This document shows positions 1 through 9,056 of a stretch of DNA of 64,000 nt, piece by piece (position 1 is the stretch's first letter; the number at the start of each line of letters is the position of its first letter). The stretch lies in contig OZ244052.1 in the NCBI GenBank assembly GCA_965215125.1, forward strand, positions 1,280,001 to 1,344,000, written 5' to 3'. The notes beneath the pieces were generated by a model. The model was not told where the DNA came from. It saw nothing but the letters and a program-made list of their open reading frames with translations, and did not search any database. This stretch comes from an uncultured candidatus Porisulfidus sp. GTDB lineage: Bacteria > Pseudomonadota > Gammaproteobacteria > Poriferisulfidales > Oxydemutatoraceae. The translations under genes and the position numbers were made by a program.

Positions 1-195
1 TCGCAATGTCGTAAATTGCTTGCCTAGGGTGAAAAAGCTAAACCGGCTCTCGCCATAATACTCGTATTCATCCTTTAACTCAGCTACAAAGTGATTCCAA
101 ACATAACGACACGCTCCGGCAGTTCCGTGTAATTGCCGATGCTTTTCATAGGTCGCTGGATACAAGCGATATCTGATTGTTCTATGAGTTTTCAT
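1..195 (-). CDS. tnpB: RNA-guided endonuclease TnpB, N-terminal part (runs off the window edge)
   Basis: Manual translation MKTHRTIRYRLYPATYEKHRQLHGTAGACRYVWNHF... is 59/65 identical to the N-terminus of the 11239..12432 TnpB. Confidence 0.9.
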   Translation of the reverse strand, partial: MKTHRTIRYRLYPATYEKHRQLHGTAGACRYVWNHFVAELKDEYEYYGESRFSFFTLGKQFTTLR

Positions 196-240
196 CGATG
201 TAATTTAACATTTCTTTGTCAAGTTATCTATATAATTCCC
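1..240 (-). mobile_element. TIR-bounded tnpB element, copy 1 (partial)
   Basis: TIR tgtcaagttatctatataattccc at 217-240 matches the TIR at 12454-12477. The spacing from element end to ATG is the same 45 bp. Confidence 0.85.
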
Positions 241-308
241 CACTCATTTATCCGAGAATTATATACTTTAAGTATGTAAATCATGTTTTACCGATTTCCA
301 CTTTGTTT

Positions 309-1102
309 TTAGTTCCTTTTAAGCCACTTACATGCTAATCCATAAGTTGTAACTTGAGGCTCAACATTCTTCTTAGGGTGGATATTAGATTTTAGTATCT
401 CAAATACAGGTTCGCTATCTAACCTAAACTTGATTTGTTTATAATGGCTTTTGCTATCATGTCTATCCTCAATCTGCCCTATTTGCTTATTATGCAATAA
501 TGAAAAAAACACTACTTTTTGATCATCCATTTGTTTACTGTGCCTGGCTTTAGAATTGCGGAGCGAGACATTAGTGCATAAAGTGTCAACTACTTTATTC
601 TTGTGGAATACATGAAAATGTTTTTTCTCTTTCAAGTCTTTTGCGAGACCAGGATATATACTAAGATAATCGGCATTCCCACCATCAAATAATGCCTTAG
701 CAAGTAATGATGCTAACATTTTTGGTTTGTTTAACTCTTCTAAGAGTCTTCTCATGTGTGGCTGAAGTCGTAGCTTTGCAGCTGTTTTATTAGAAAGATA
801 TTCATCATAAGTTGTTGGGTATGCATCAAGACAATCAATCATTATGTTTGCAATGTTCCCTAATCCTTGAAAGATAGTGTTAGTTTTAAGGCGATTTTAC
901 TGTATAAGAAAATCTGCCACCGCTCCCCAGCTTTTACTGAGTGATACCTGTCTTGTTCATCCGCAACATCTTTTTTGTCTGTATGATGCCCTCTTTGTAC
1001 ATGACCACCAATTAGTTCAGCAAAATGCTCTTCATTTGCATGCCCAGCTCTTTTTACCATGCTTGCGTGTTCGCTGGTCATAGCTCTTCGTTTGGGCATC
1101 AT
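309..1102 (-). pseudogene. Putative type II restriction endonuclease, frameshifted
   Basis: ORFs 860..1102 and 309..842 join into one frame (SKNRLKTNTIFQGLGNIANIMIDC) if 1 nt is added to the A4 run at 895-898. The gene overlaps the MTase stop codon. Function is inferred from context. Confidence 0.6.
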
Positions 1103-2025
1103 CCCAACACCAAGAGTTCATGTGAATGTTTTATATGATTGTTTGTTCCGTTCTCTATTCTATTCTTACCTATCCTTGTTTCACCTTGCCCTAGGGTGTA
1201 TTGCCACTTTACTTCTATAATATTAAAATCAGAATACCAGTCTCTTATCGTCTCACAATCATTATATGAAAGAATAAACCCGCCCTCATGCTGATATAAT
1301 AAATCGCGCAACAGTTCATGATTGAATTGGTTATGGTGAACAGGGAAGTTTCTTTGTGGATATATTCCCTTAAACATCTTGCTATTACCATTCAAATAAT
1401 AAGGGGGGTCACAATACATGAACGAATCTATGTGTTGAGGTATAGTTCTACTAAAGTTCCCCGAACATACCGATAGATTGGGACAAGTGAAGTTTCTAAC
1501 TTTATCAAGCAACCTAATATATCTGCTCTCTTCTTCGTATATTTTTGACATCCAACCTAAAAAACCAGGTCCGTAAGATAGATTATGATTAAACCAATAA
1601 TGGGCAGCTAAAGATACTTTGTCCTCTATTTTTTGTGACTTGTCCCAATGCTTACGAAGTCTGTTCTTTACTTGTGAATATTTACTCTTTGTTGGTTTCC
1701 ATTTGCACAAGCGGCTATATAGTTCTAATGGTTTCTTTAGTTGTATTTGCCAGTAATTTGTTAATATATTGAAAACATCATAACCTTTGACTTTTAACCC
1801 TAGCTCTTTGGCGCAAGCAATTTCAACACTTCCACCACCAAAAAACGGAGATACTAATGAAGTAATATCAGGTGGCAGATGTTCTATTATGTGTCCAACA
1901 GCAAGGGTTTTACCACCAGCATATCGCAATGGTAGCCCATTATACCTAGAATACTTATATTTGCCTTTTCCATTAAGCCTATTTAATAAAAGGCTTTGCC
2001 TAGTGTCCGGCTTTAATGCAAACAT
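1099..2025 (-). CDS. DNA adenine methyltransferase (Dam/D12 class)
   Basis: LRYAGGK, PFFGGGSV (motif I), YCDPPY (motif IV) and FILSYND motifs. Confidence 0.9.
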   Translation of the reverse strand: MFALKPDTRQSLLLNRLNGKGKYKYSRYNGLPLRYAGGKTLAVGHIIEHLPPDITSLVSPFFGGGSVEIACAKELGLKVKGYDVFNILTNYWQIQLKKPLELYSRLCKWKPTKSKYSQVKNRLRKHWDKSQKIEDKVSLAAHYWFNHNLSYGPGFLGWMSKIYEEESRYIRLLDKVRNFTCPNLSVCSGNFSRTIPQHIDSFMYCDPPYYLNGNSKMFKGIYPQRNFPVHHNQFNHELLRDLLYQHEGGFILSYNDCETIRDWYSDFNIIEVKWQYTLGQGETRIGKNRIENGTNNHIKHSHELLVLG

Positions 2026-2054
2026 GGTGACTACTTTATCAGTTTTTTATAAAG

Positions 2055-2455
2055 TTAATCTCTTGCCTCACGGACACGCCGAAGCATAAACCAAAACGAC
2101 TTCTGAGTAATACCTAGTTCCTTTGATAGCTGTAAAGACGATATACCCTTTCGCGCGGTCACTACCAAATAAATCGCTATATCCCAGCATTGCAAAGGTA
2201 GTAGCGATCTGTTCATTTCGCTATCGGTTTTTATCGTAAATGCTCTGCGACAACGATTGCAGTAATGATTGTACTTTCTAGGTTTGTATATTTTAACCTT
2301 CTCTATTTTTTTACATTTAGGACAGATAGGTTTGCTTCCCAAATCACACCTTCAATCTACCTAACTGCTTTTGTTTCAGTAGAAAATATTTTAAGTAATT
2401 CAGCTATGCTGATTGTTTGAGTCGTGTGTTTCAATTTCATCTCCATATTTTGCAT
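2055..2455 (-). pseudogene. IS1595-family transposase remnant (Zn ribbon + HTH only)
   Basis: CPKC...CNRC and KGISSLQLSKELGITQKSFWFMLRRVREA motifs. The upstream part ISIAELLKIFSTE.. carries an in-frame stop and a frameshift. The DDE domain is absent. Confidence 0.85.
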
Positions 2456-2559
2456 ACTAAAATATCAAAAATGGAAATAGTGTCAAGTGTCTTACAGATT
2501 TTATTTTCAATATTTTTAGTAGGATTTTTACATACTTAAGTATATGATTCTATTTATTT

Positions 2560-3420
2560 TTAACGGGGTGTGTCGGTTTTTGCGTTTTTCCATCGCCAGC
2601 GAGGTTGTCCCCAATACCAGTTTGCAGGAGCCTGTTTTAAGCCTTGTGCTAACTTTTGCGTGTATGATGTCAGCAAGGCTCTTTCGTGTCCTTCGCCTTG
2701 GTTTTCAATAGGTTCAAGATAGATTCTATAATATCCCTTTTTAATTTTTTCGGTTCTTACGAAGAACACAGCGCATTGTGCCGTGCAGGCAAGCTGTGCG
2801 GTGCCCGAGTAAAAATCGGTATGTTGTCCTCCTAGCCATTTCAATTCAATGGATTTTTGGTGACGATCGGGTTCACGGTCCGATAATACATAAAAAAAGC
2901 ATCGTTGCTTGCGATGTTTTACTAGCGTTTTCACAAATTGTTTATGGGGTAGCGGCGTGCCACCGAAGCAGCTTCTTATGGTATACACCAAACGCTCCAG
3001 ATGAGGCGATCTTAGGGGTTTGTAGACACCGTAGAAAGGATGCCCGCAATGCAAAAATAGTACTTGAGCCGCCCATTCCCAGTTGCTTTGATGGCTGGAT
3101 AATAACAGCACCGGTCGGTTTGTATCGACATCGTCTAAGAGGTCGGGATTCATCAAACGAGCACGCTTTTGCAACCATTGTTTTCTGCACGATAACAGTT
3201 TCACCGTTTCAACCAAAAACTCGGTTTGTAAGAAATAATATCTTCTGCATAAAGCACGAATCTCGTTTGCGTCATACTCGGGGAATGCTCCGTACAGATT
3301 ATTTAATACTACCGTACGTTTAGCGCGTAGGATATAGCAATTAAAGGCGGCTAATAACCAAGCAATCGCATAGAGCAACGATAACGGCAGGCGAGATATA
3401 AGAACAGCTAAGCGCATCAT
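2560..3420 (-). CDS. Lipid A late acyltransferase (LpxL/HtrB family)
   Basis: N-terminal membrane anchor, HQSNWE (H-x4-E) motif, YKPLRSP and C-terminal PANWYWGQPRW. Confidence 0.85.
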   Translation of the reverse strand: MMRLAVLISRLPLSLLYAIAWLLAAFNCYILRAKRTVVLNNLYGAFPEYDANEIRALCRRYYFLQTEFLVETVKLLSCRKQWLQKRARLMNPDLLDDVDTNRPVLLLSSHQSNWEWAAQVLFLHCGHPFYGVYKPLRSPHLERLVYTIRSCFGGTPLPHKQFVKTLVKHRKQRCFFYVLSDREPDRHQKSIELKWLGGQHTDFYSGTAQLACTAQCAVFFVRTEKIKKGYYRIYLEPIENQGEGHERALLTSYTQKLAQGLKQAPANWYWGQPRWRWKNAKTDTPR

Positions 3421-3649
3421 TTGTTATATTTTAAGCCATAGCGGTTTGCGCAAAGTGATTTTTATTGCAACCCGATGAATAGGCAGCTATTGGTTTGGGA
3501 AATCCTATAGGTGGGGTATTTACCGGCGAGTTTTTGTATGTATAACGCTTTTGAGCATAGAAAATTGTCTGTTCGTATTGAATCATCGTCGTTTAACTGG
3601 TATATTCATCAATACTTTTTCACAACTTAACAAAAAGGAGGATATTATA

Positions 3650-4012
3650 ATGAGTGAAGCAAGTTTATACGAACGCCTAGGCGGACCGGATAAAATACGC
3701 GAGATTTGTACGGATATATACGATAACCATGCAAGCAACCCTAGAATTAAGAGTCGCTTCGTGGATAGTAATCGTGATGAAGTTATCCAGAGAGTCTGGG
3801 AATTTTTCTGTTCCGGTATCGGCGGACCCGAAAGCTATAGCGGCCAAGATATGAAGACTGCACATCGCGGGATGAATATCGCTGCCGATGAGTTTGTAGA
3901 GGTCTGCGATGATGTCATCGCAGCCTTAGATAAACATAATGTCGGGCAAAAAGAGAAAGACGAAGTGCTGTGCATTTTGTATTCTATGAAACCCGATATC
4001 GTCGGTGGCTAA
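3650..4012 (+). CDS. Group I truncated hemoglobin
   Basis: SLYERLGG, GGPESYSGQDMKTAHRGMNI motifs. SD aaggagg precedes ATG 3650. Confidence 0.9.
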   Translation: MSEASLYERLGGPDKIREICTDIYDNHASNPRIKSRFVDSNRDEVIQRVWEFFCSGIGGPESYSGQDMKTAHRGMNIAADEFVEVCDDVIAALDKHNVGQKEKDEVLCILYSMKPDIVGG

Positions 4013-4119
4013 AGCCTCGATATAAAAACTGCCCTAGCCATGGAGTATTTAAGTCCACAACATAGTTAAACTATGTTCATTATTTATGGAGGGAGGCTAG
4101 GGTCAGCTTAAGCGAACCG

Positions 4120-5394
4120 ATGGAGTGGCAGGTTTCACAGTACCCTCGATTATCGGCACAAACCGTTGAGTTTGCTAATAAGCTAACTCATAAAGCATCA
4201 AACCATTTAGAATTTATCTCGGGTGGGCAGCCGTATGTGCTATGCCCCGATACCACAGTACCGTCTGCCGAGTTTCCTGCCGCCGTGCAGTGCAGTATCA
4301 ACGGACACAGTGTGCGGTTCGGTCTTGATTCCGGTGTGTGCGCTTTCCTGTTGTCGGATTGGCTACCGCTAGAGGATGTTGCGGCGTTGCCGGATAATTT
4401 GAAAAAATCGGTCATAATAGCCGTCTTAAATCCAATTGCCGATTTTTTTTCTCAACATTCCGTCGGAAGTTTTAATGTGGAAGACATTGAATGTCAATCT
4501 GCCTATCCGTCCCACTCAAGTTTATTTTTTAACCTATCGTCCATGAACGGAACTGTAGTTGGTCGGATATTTGTCAATGTTGATGAGCAAACGACGGACA
4601 TGCTACATAAAATATGGCAGGCTACTGCGAAACCTGCACCGCTCGGCAATACCGAAGAATTACCTGTTTGGGTTGAAGTTATTGCTGCCGGCACAAAGCT
4701 GAGCTTGAATGAATTTAGTGAATTAAGGAAAGACGATATTATTTTGCTCGATATGGCATTTTCGGAACTAAAAGAAGTCTATGCTAGAATTAGTGATAAT
4801 ATATGCTTTTCATCCGTAATTGATGGAAACAAGTTAATAATTCAAAAACCGGGAGGGGTCGTAATGGCAAGTGACACACAACCGCCGATAGACCGAAATA
4901 TTGAAGATCAGGCAATTGATGAAGAGATTGCCTTAGGCGAAGACCAAATGCCATTTTCTAATGAAGACGAACCCGACGAGGAATCGTTGGATGAGCCTTC
5001 TATGGGTGCGGAAAATTCCGACGAGGAATCGCTGGATGCGTCTTCTGTGGAAACAGAAAATTCTGTTGAAGAGCCTTTTGATACACTACTTTCCGGCGAG
5101 ACATCCCCAGCTGTATCCGAGGCTGCCGATAGCAAACGAACCGTCTCTCAATTGAACGATCTAGGAGAGTTGCCGGTAGAATTGTTGTTCATCGTAGATC
5201 AATTCAAGACGACCGTGAAAGAGGTTGAGCGTATCAAGCCGGGCTATGTATTTGAATTGAAAAATAAAGCGATAGGGCAAGCCGAGATTCGTGCCAACGG
5301 GACACTCATCGGTGTCGGTGAGTTGGTACAAATCGAGGACCGTGCGGGCGTGCGCGTCATAAAGTTGTACGGACAGACGAATACCGAAAAATGA
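4120..5394 (+). CDS. sctQ: T3SS cytoplasmic ring protein SctQ (YscQ/HrcQ family)
   Basis: Two SpoA domains (ELPVWVEV..; ELPVELLF..ANGTLIGVGELVQIEDRAGVRV). Lies immediately upstream of sctRSTU. Confidence 0.85.
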   Translation: MEWQVSQYPRLSAQTVEFANKLTHKASNHLEFISGGQPYVLCPDTTVPSAEFPAAVQCSINGHSVRFGLDSGVCAFLLSDWLPLEDVAALPDNLKKSVIIAVLNPIADFFSQHSVGSFNVEDIECQSAYPSHSSLFFNLSSMNGTVVGRIFVNVDEQTTDMLHKIWQATAKPAPLGNTEELPVWVEVIAAGTKLSLNEFSELRKDDIILLDMAFSELKEVYARISDNICFSSVIDGNKLIIQKPGGVVMASDTQPPIDRNIEDQAIDEEIALGEDQMPFSNEDEPDEESLDEPSMGAENSDEESLDASSVETENSVEEPFDTLLSGETSPAVSEAADSKRTVSQLNDLGELPVELLFIVDQFKTTVKEVERIKPGYVFELKNKAIGQAEIRANGTLIGVGELVQIEDRAGVRVIKLYGQTNTEK

Positions 5395-5513
5395 CTAATC
5401 AACCACTGCCGGTGGCAAAGTGCTACTTAATTAAAAGACGACACTAGTCGCATGATAAAGGGGGGGAAATTCTTGTATATACTCGTTGAGCGAGCTTGTG
5501 GAGGGGACTTCTG

Positions 5514-6164
5514 ATGGAAGGTCTGCCTTCTCCTTTTACGTTAATCCTGATTATAGGTGCGATAGGGATCATGCCGTTTGTGATTGTTATGGCAACTTCT
5601 TTTGCCAAGTTAGTTATAGTCTTTTCATTGATACGCAACGCTTTGGGTATTCAACAAATACCTCCGAATACGGCTTTGAACGGTTTGGCTCTGATATTAA
5701 CGGTATATATCATGATGCCGGTCGTTATCGCAAGCTACGAAGTTATTGCGAGGGAAGACCTACGCTTGGACGATAAAGAGTCGGTAATACAGGTTTTTAA
5801 GGAGGCGTCGGAACCGTATCGCAACTTTCTGCGCAAACACAGCGACCCTAGAGAGAGAGAGTTTTTTATGGAGACTGCATACAATTTGTGGGGATACGAA
5901 CATGTAGAGGAAATGACGGAAGACAATTTATTAATTCTAATGCCGTCTTTCACCGTGAGCGAGTTGACCACTGCCTTTGAAATAGGTTTTTTAATTTACC
6001 TGCCGTTTATAGTTATAGACTTGATCGTGTCCAATATCCTTTTGGCGATGGGTATGATGATGGTCTCACCGATGACTATATCCTTGCCGTTCAAGCTACT
6101 TTTGTTTGTTTTTCTTGACGGCTGGACCTATCTTATTCACGGTTTGGTGCTTTCTTATCAATAG
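5514..6164 (+). CDS. sctR: T3SS export apparatus SctR (YscR)
   Basis: TSFAKLVIVFSLIRNALGIQQIPPN, AFEIGFLIYLPF and MMMVSPMTISLPFKLLLFV..DGW. SD ggagg precedes ATG 5514. Confidence 0.95.
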   Translation: MEGLPSPFTLILIIGAIGIMPFVIVMATSFAKLVIVFSLIRNALGIQQIPPNTALNGLALILTVYIMMPVVIASYEVIAREDLRLDDKESVIQVFKEASEPYRNFLRKHSDPREREFFMETAYNLWGYEHVEEMTEDNLLILMPSFTVSELTTAFEIGFLIYLPFIVIDLIVSNILLAMGMMMVSPMTISLPFKLLLFVFLDGWTYLIHGLVLSYQ

Positions 6165-6166
6165 TC

Positions 6167-6436
6167 ATGACCGAAGGTGAAATAGTCCAACACGCCAGTA
6201 ATGCGATGCTACTCGTGCTGATGTTATCGATGCCGCCGATTGTCGTAGCGGCGTTGGTGGGTTTGATAGTTAGTCTGATTCAGGCTTTGACGCAAATACA
6301 AGAGCAGACTATATCTTTTGCATTTAAGCTCATCGCAATAGTCGTCACGATGTTTTTAACTATGGGTCAATTAGGAGAGGAATTGTTTGCCTACGGTGAG
6401 ATTTCCTTCCGCAAGATTTCCGAGGTTGTCTTTTAA
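6167..6436 (+). CDS. sctS: T3SS export apparatus SctS (YscS)
   Basis: GLIVSLIQALTQIQEQTISFAFKL motif. Confidence 0.95.
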   Translation: MTEGEIVQHASNAMLLVLMLSMPPIVVAALVGLIVSLIQALTQIQEQTISFAFKLIAIVVTMFLTMGQLGEELFAYGEISFRKISEVVF

Positions 6437-7236
6437 TGGAAGTGTTGACTGCTCTTTTCAAAGACTATATCGCTATCTATAGTTTGGCGTTACCGAGGCT
6501 TATCAGTATCTTTGCCATGCTCGCCTTTTTAAGCCAGCAGACTCTAGGCGGTGCTTTGACGAGAAACGGCATACTGCTTAGTTTGGCACTGGTGTTGCAT
6601 CCTGTAGTTTCTGCCGAAATGGAAACTTTGGATTCACTACCGCACGGGATTTTGTTATTAATTATTATTAAAGAGACACTTATAGGTGTGGTTATGGGTT
6701 TTTCGGTTGCCTTAATATTTTGGTCGGTAGAGGCGGTCGGTGCTTTTATAGACAACCAGCGCGGTGCCACTATGGCAAGTTCTATGGATCCTCTGAGCGG
6801 CGATCAATCCTCACCGATGGGTACTTTTTTTGTCAACACGATTACCGCAATATTTTTCGTCACCGGATTATTTTCCATGTTCATGGCAAACGTTTATGCG
6901 AGTTATAAGATATGGCCGGTTACATCTTTTTTCCCCGATCTGAATTTTGATTTGGTGATTTTTTTACTCAAGCATTTCGGGCAAATTGTCCTTCTAGCCG
7001 TGCTGTTGGGCGCGCCGATAATTATTGCGATGTTTGTGGCAGAATTCGGTTTGATGCTAATCGGTCGTTTTGCACCGCAGCTCAATATCTTTTTTATGTC
7101 TATGTCTATAAAGAGCGCGGTATCCAATTTTATGTTGGTGATATTTTTGGGAATAATGGTTGCCTTTTTTAGTACCAAGTTGGGAACTATAACCGAGATT
7201 TACGCAGAATTGAACGAAGTATGGAGTGAACGATGA
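6436..7236 (+). CDS. sctT: T3SS export apparatus SctT (YscT)
   Basis: KETLIG, GAFIDNQRGATM and GRFAPQLNIF..SMSIKS motifs. Confidence 0.95.
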   Translation: MEVLTALFKDYIAIYSLALPRLISIFAMLAFLSQQTLGGALTRNGILLSLALVLHPVVSAEMETLDSLPHGILLLIIIKETLIGVVMGFSVALIFWSVEAVGAFIDNQRGATMASSMDPLSGDQSSPMGTFFVNTITAIFFVTGLFSMFMANVYASYKIWPVTSFFPDLNFDLVIFLLKHFGQIVLLAVLLGAPIIIAMFVAEFGLMLIGRFAPQLNIFFMSMSIKSAVSNFMLVIFLGIMVAFFSTKLGTITEIYAELNEVWSER

Positions 7237-8276
7237 GCGGTAGTAGCGGTAATAAGACCGAACCTCCTACGCAGAAAAGGCTGCGCGACGCGCGTAAAAA
7301 GGGGCAAGTTGCCAAAAGCAAAGAGGTGGTTAGTGCTTCGCTAATTATTTTTCTACTCGGTTATTTGTGGCTCTCCAGCGATTACTACATGGAGAAATTT
7401 CGCCAGCTGATCGCCCTGCCGGTGACTACCTATGGTATTGATTTTGACGCGGCACTGGGCGAAATAATAGTAGAGACTTTCAAGTTTGCAGTTGTTTTGG
7501 TTTTGCCGGTAGTCGGTATCGCGCTGATAGTCGGTATCGCCGCTAATTTTTTGCAAATCGGTGCGTTGTTTGCACCGGAAGTGATTAAAGAGGCCCCTAA
7601 AAAGCTCAATCCCGGCAAGGCGTTGAAAAATATATTTTCTAGAAAAAATTTCATTGAATTAATTAAATCTATTCTCAAGATTGTATTTCTAGGGTATTTG
7701 ATCTACTTGGCATTGCGCCACAATATTGGTAATTTAATCGGAATCCCAAACTGCGGATTAGCATGTTTGTTGCCGATATTCGGTAACCTGATGGGAAAGA
7801 TTATCACCTATGCAATCATCGCATTTATAATCGTTGCGGTTGCCGATTATTTTTTTCAGAAATTCGATTACATCAAAAACCTGAAGATGACCAAAGACGA
7901 AGTCAAACGGGAGTTTAAGGAAATGGAGGGCAGCCCGGAAATAAAAAGCCATCGTCGCCAATTATTTCAAGAAATCGTCAACAGCCAAGTTGCTAATAAT
8001 GTGAGCCGCTCAAGCGTTATTATCACCAACCCCACCCGCATGGCAATCGGCATCTATTACGATGAGGAAGAGACACCCTTGCCCGTGGTGACCCTGAAGG
8101 AACAAGGGACGATGGCAAAACGCGTCATAGAAATCGCCCGTGAAAAGGGCATCCCGGTGATGGAAAATGTGCCGCTTGCACATGCACTGATGGATCAAGC
8201 CGATATCAACCAGTACATTCCGTCCGATTTAATCAAACCGATTGCCGAAGTGCTGCGTGTTATAAAAGAGCTCTAG
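7233..8276 (+). CDS. sctU: T3SS switch protein SctU (YscU)
   Basis: KTEPPTQKRLRDARKKGQVAKSKEV, MTKDEVKREFKEMEGSPEIK. The autocleavage motif reads NPTR. Confidence 0.95.
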   Translation: MSGSSGNKTEPPTQKRLRDARKKGQVAKSKEVVSASLIIFLLGYLWLSSDYYMEKFRQLIALPVTTYGIDFDAALGEIIVETFKFAVVLVLPVVGIALIVGIAANFLQIGALFAPEVIKEAPKKLNPGKALKNIFSRKNFIELIKSILKIVFLGYLIYLALRHNIGNLIGIPNCGLACLLPIFGNLMGKIITYAIIAFIIVAVADYFFQKFDYIKNLKMTKDEVKREFKEMEGSPEIKSHRRQLFQEIVNSQVANNVSRSSVIITNPTRMAIGIYYDEEETPLPVVTLKEQGTMAKRVIEIAREKGIPVMENVPLAHALMDQADINQYIPSDLIKPIAEVLRVIKEL

Positions 8277-8280
8277 CAAC

Positions 8281-8453
8281 CCTCTTGAAGGGATGGCAGG
8301 CGCGATAGAACCGCCGTTTGTTGCAGTAGCACAAACGGCGTGACATTGTGCAGAACCTTAACACATATTGCAAAATGTAAAGCCTTTCGCCGGGGTGGTC
8401 TTCCCATTCTATGGAAGGGTGGCAGGCGTAACCTGACGGGAGGATCACAGCTG
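8281..8453. repeat. Dispersed REP-like repeat family A (degenerate copies)
   Basis: ggaagggtggcaggcgtaacctgacggg matches the copy at 54255-54301. Confidence 0.7.
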
Positions 8454-8484
8454 CCACACGCTTCCAATTTTGGTTTCCGTAGGT

Positions 8485-9051
8485 TCAATCGCGCGCCACT
8501 AAAGCGAGCAACGGTTCAATCTGCGAGACGAGTGTTTGCTTGTCAAGTTCACCGGCTTTGATGTAGCGGATCGTGCCTTGCCGATCGAGTAGCACACTGT
8601 AAGGGAGTCCACCCGATTGGTTGCCGAGCACCGATGCGACTTTCAAAGCATCGTCGTAGCCTATCAGTTGAGGATACTGCACTTGAGGAATAGATTCTAG
8701 AAACTCCAAGACTTCTTCTTTTTCATCAATCGCAATGCCGACGACCTCAAAGCCGTCGTCGTGGAAAAATTCACGGACTTCGTTGAATACCGGAATTTCT
8801 CGGCGACACGGTGGACACCACGCTGCCCAAAAATTTAGTAGCACAATTTTTCCGTCCCAAGTTGAGACCGAGGTGTAGTTTTCATCTAAATCATAAAGAC
8901 TGAAGTCGGGGCGCACGGTGCCGATTAACGGATGGTCTGTTGTCGTCGTAGCTTCGGGCAGGAGGTAGTAGTTTATATAAAAAGCGGTAAAAGCACCGAT
9001 TGCAGCGGATAGTAGCGCAGTGATTAGTATTAGACGGCTACGGATGGTCAT
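8485..9051 (-). CDS. TlpA/ResA-like thiol-disulfide oxidoreductase
   Basis: N-terminal TM segment, LLNFWAAWCPPCRRE and GLPYS motifs. Confidence 0.9.
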   Translation of the reverse strand: MTIRSRLILITALLSAAIGAFTAFYINYYLLPEATTTTDHPLIGTVRPDFSLYDLDENYTSVSTWDGKIVLLNFWAAWCPPCRREIPVFNEVREFFHDDGFEVVGIAIDEKEEVLEFLESIPQVQYPQLIGYDDALKVASVLGNQSGGLPYSVLLDRQGTIRYIKAGELDKQTLVSQIEPLLALVARD

Positions 9052-9056
9052 CGTTT

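Larger units (their letters stand above)
254..2551 (-). mobile_element. IS1595-family-derived non-autonomous element carrying an R-M system
   Basis: Inverted ends gagaattatatactttaagtatgtaaa (254-280) and tttacatacttaagtatatgattct (2527-2551). Contains an IS1595-type transposase N-terminal remnant. Possible decayed TSD atttatcc/atttattt. Confidence 0.75.

Noticed and set aside
5460-5467. G8 tract between sctQ and sctR as a phase-variable promoter
   Set aside because: No clear -35/-10 pair spans it, so the evidence is too thin.
4120-8276. Flagellar fliN/P/Q/R/flhB
   Set aside because: The motifs are Ysc-like (KSKEV, DNQRGATM, SctR without the FliP N-terminal extension), there is no fliO, and no flagellar genes are adjacent.
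8260-8561. Short ORFs between sctU and tlpA (and at 54160-54487)
   Set aside because: They are translations of repeat family A with no protein-like features.
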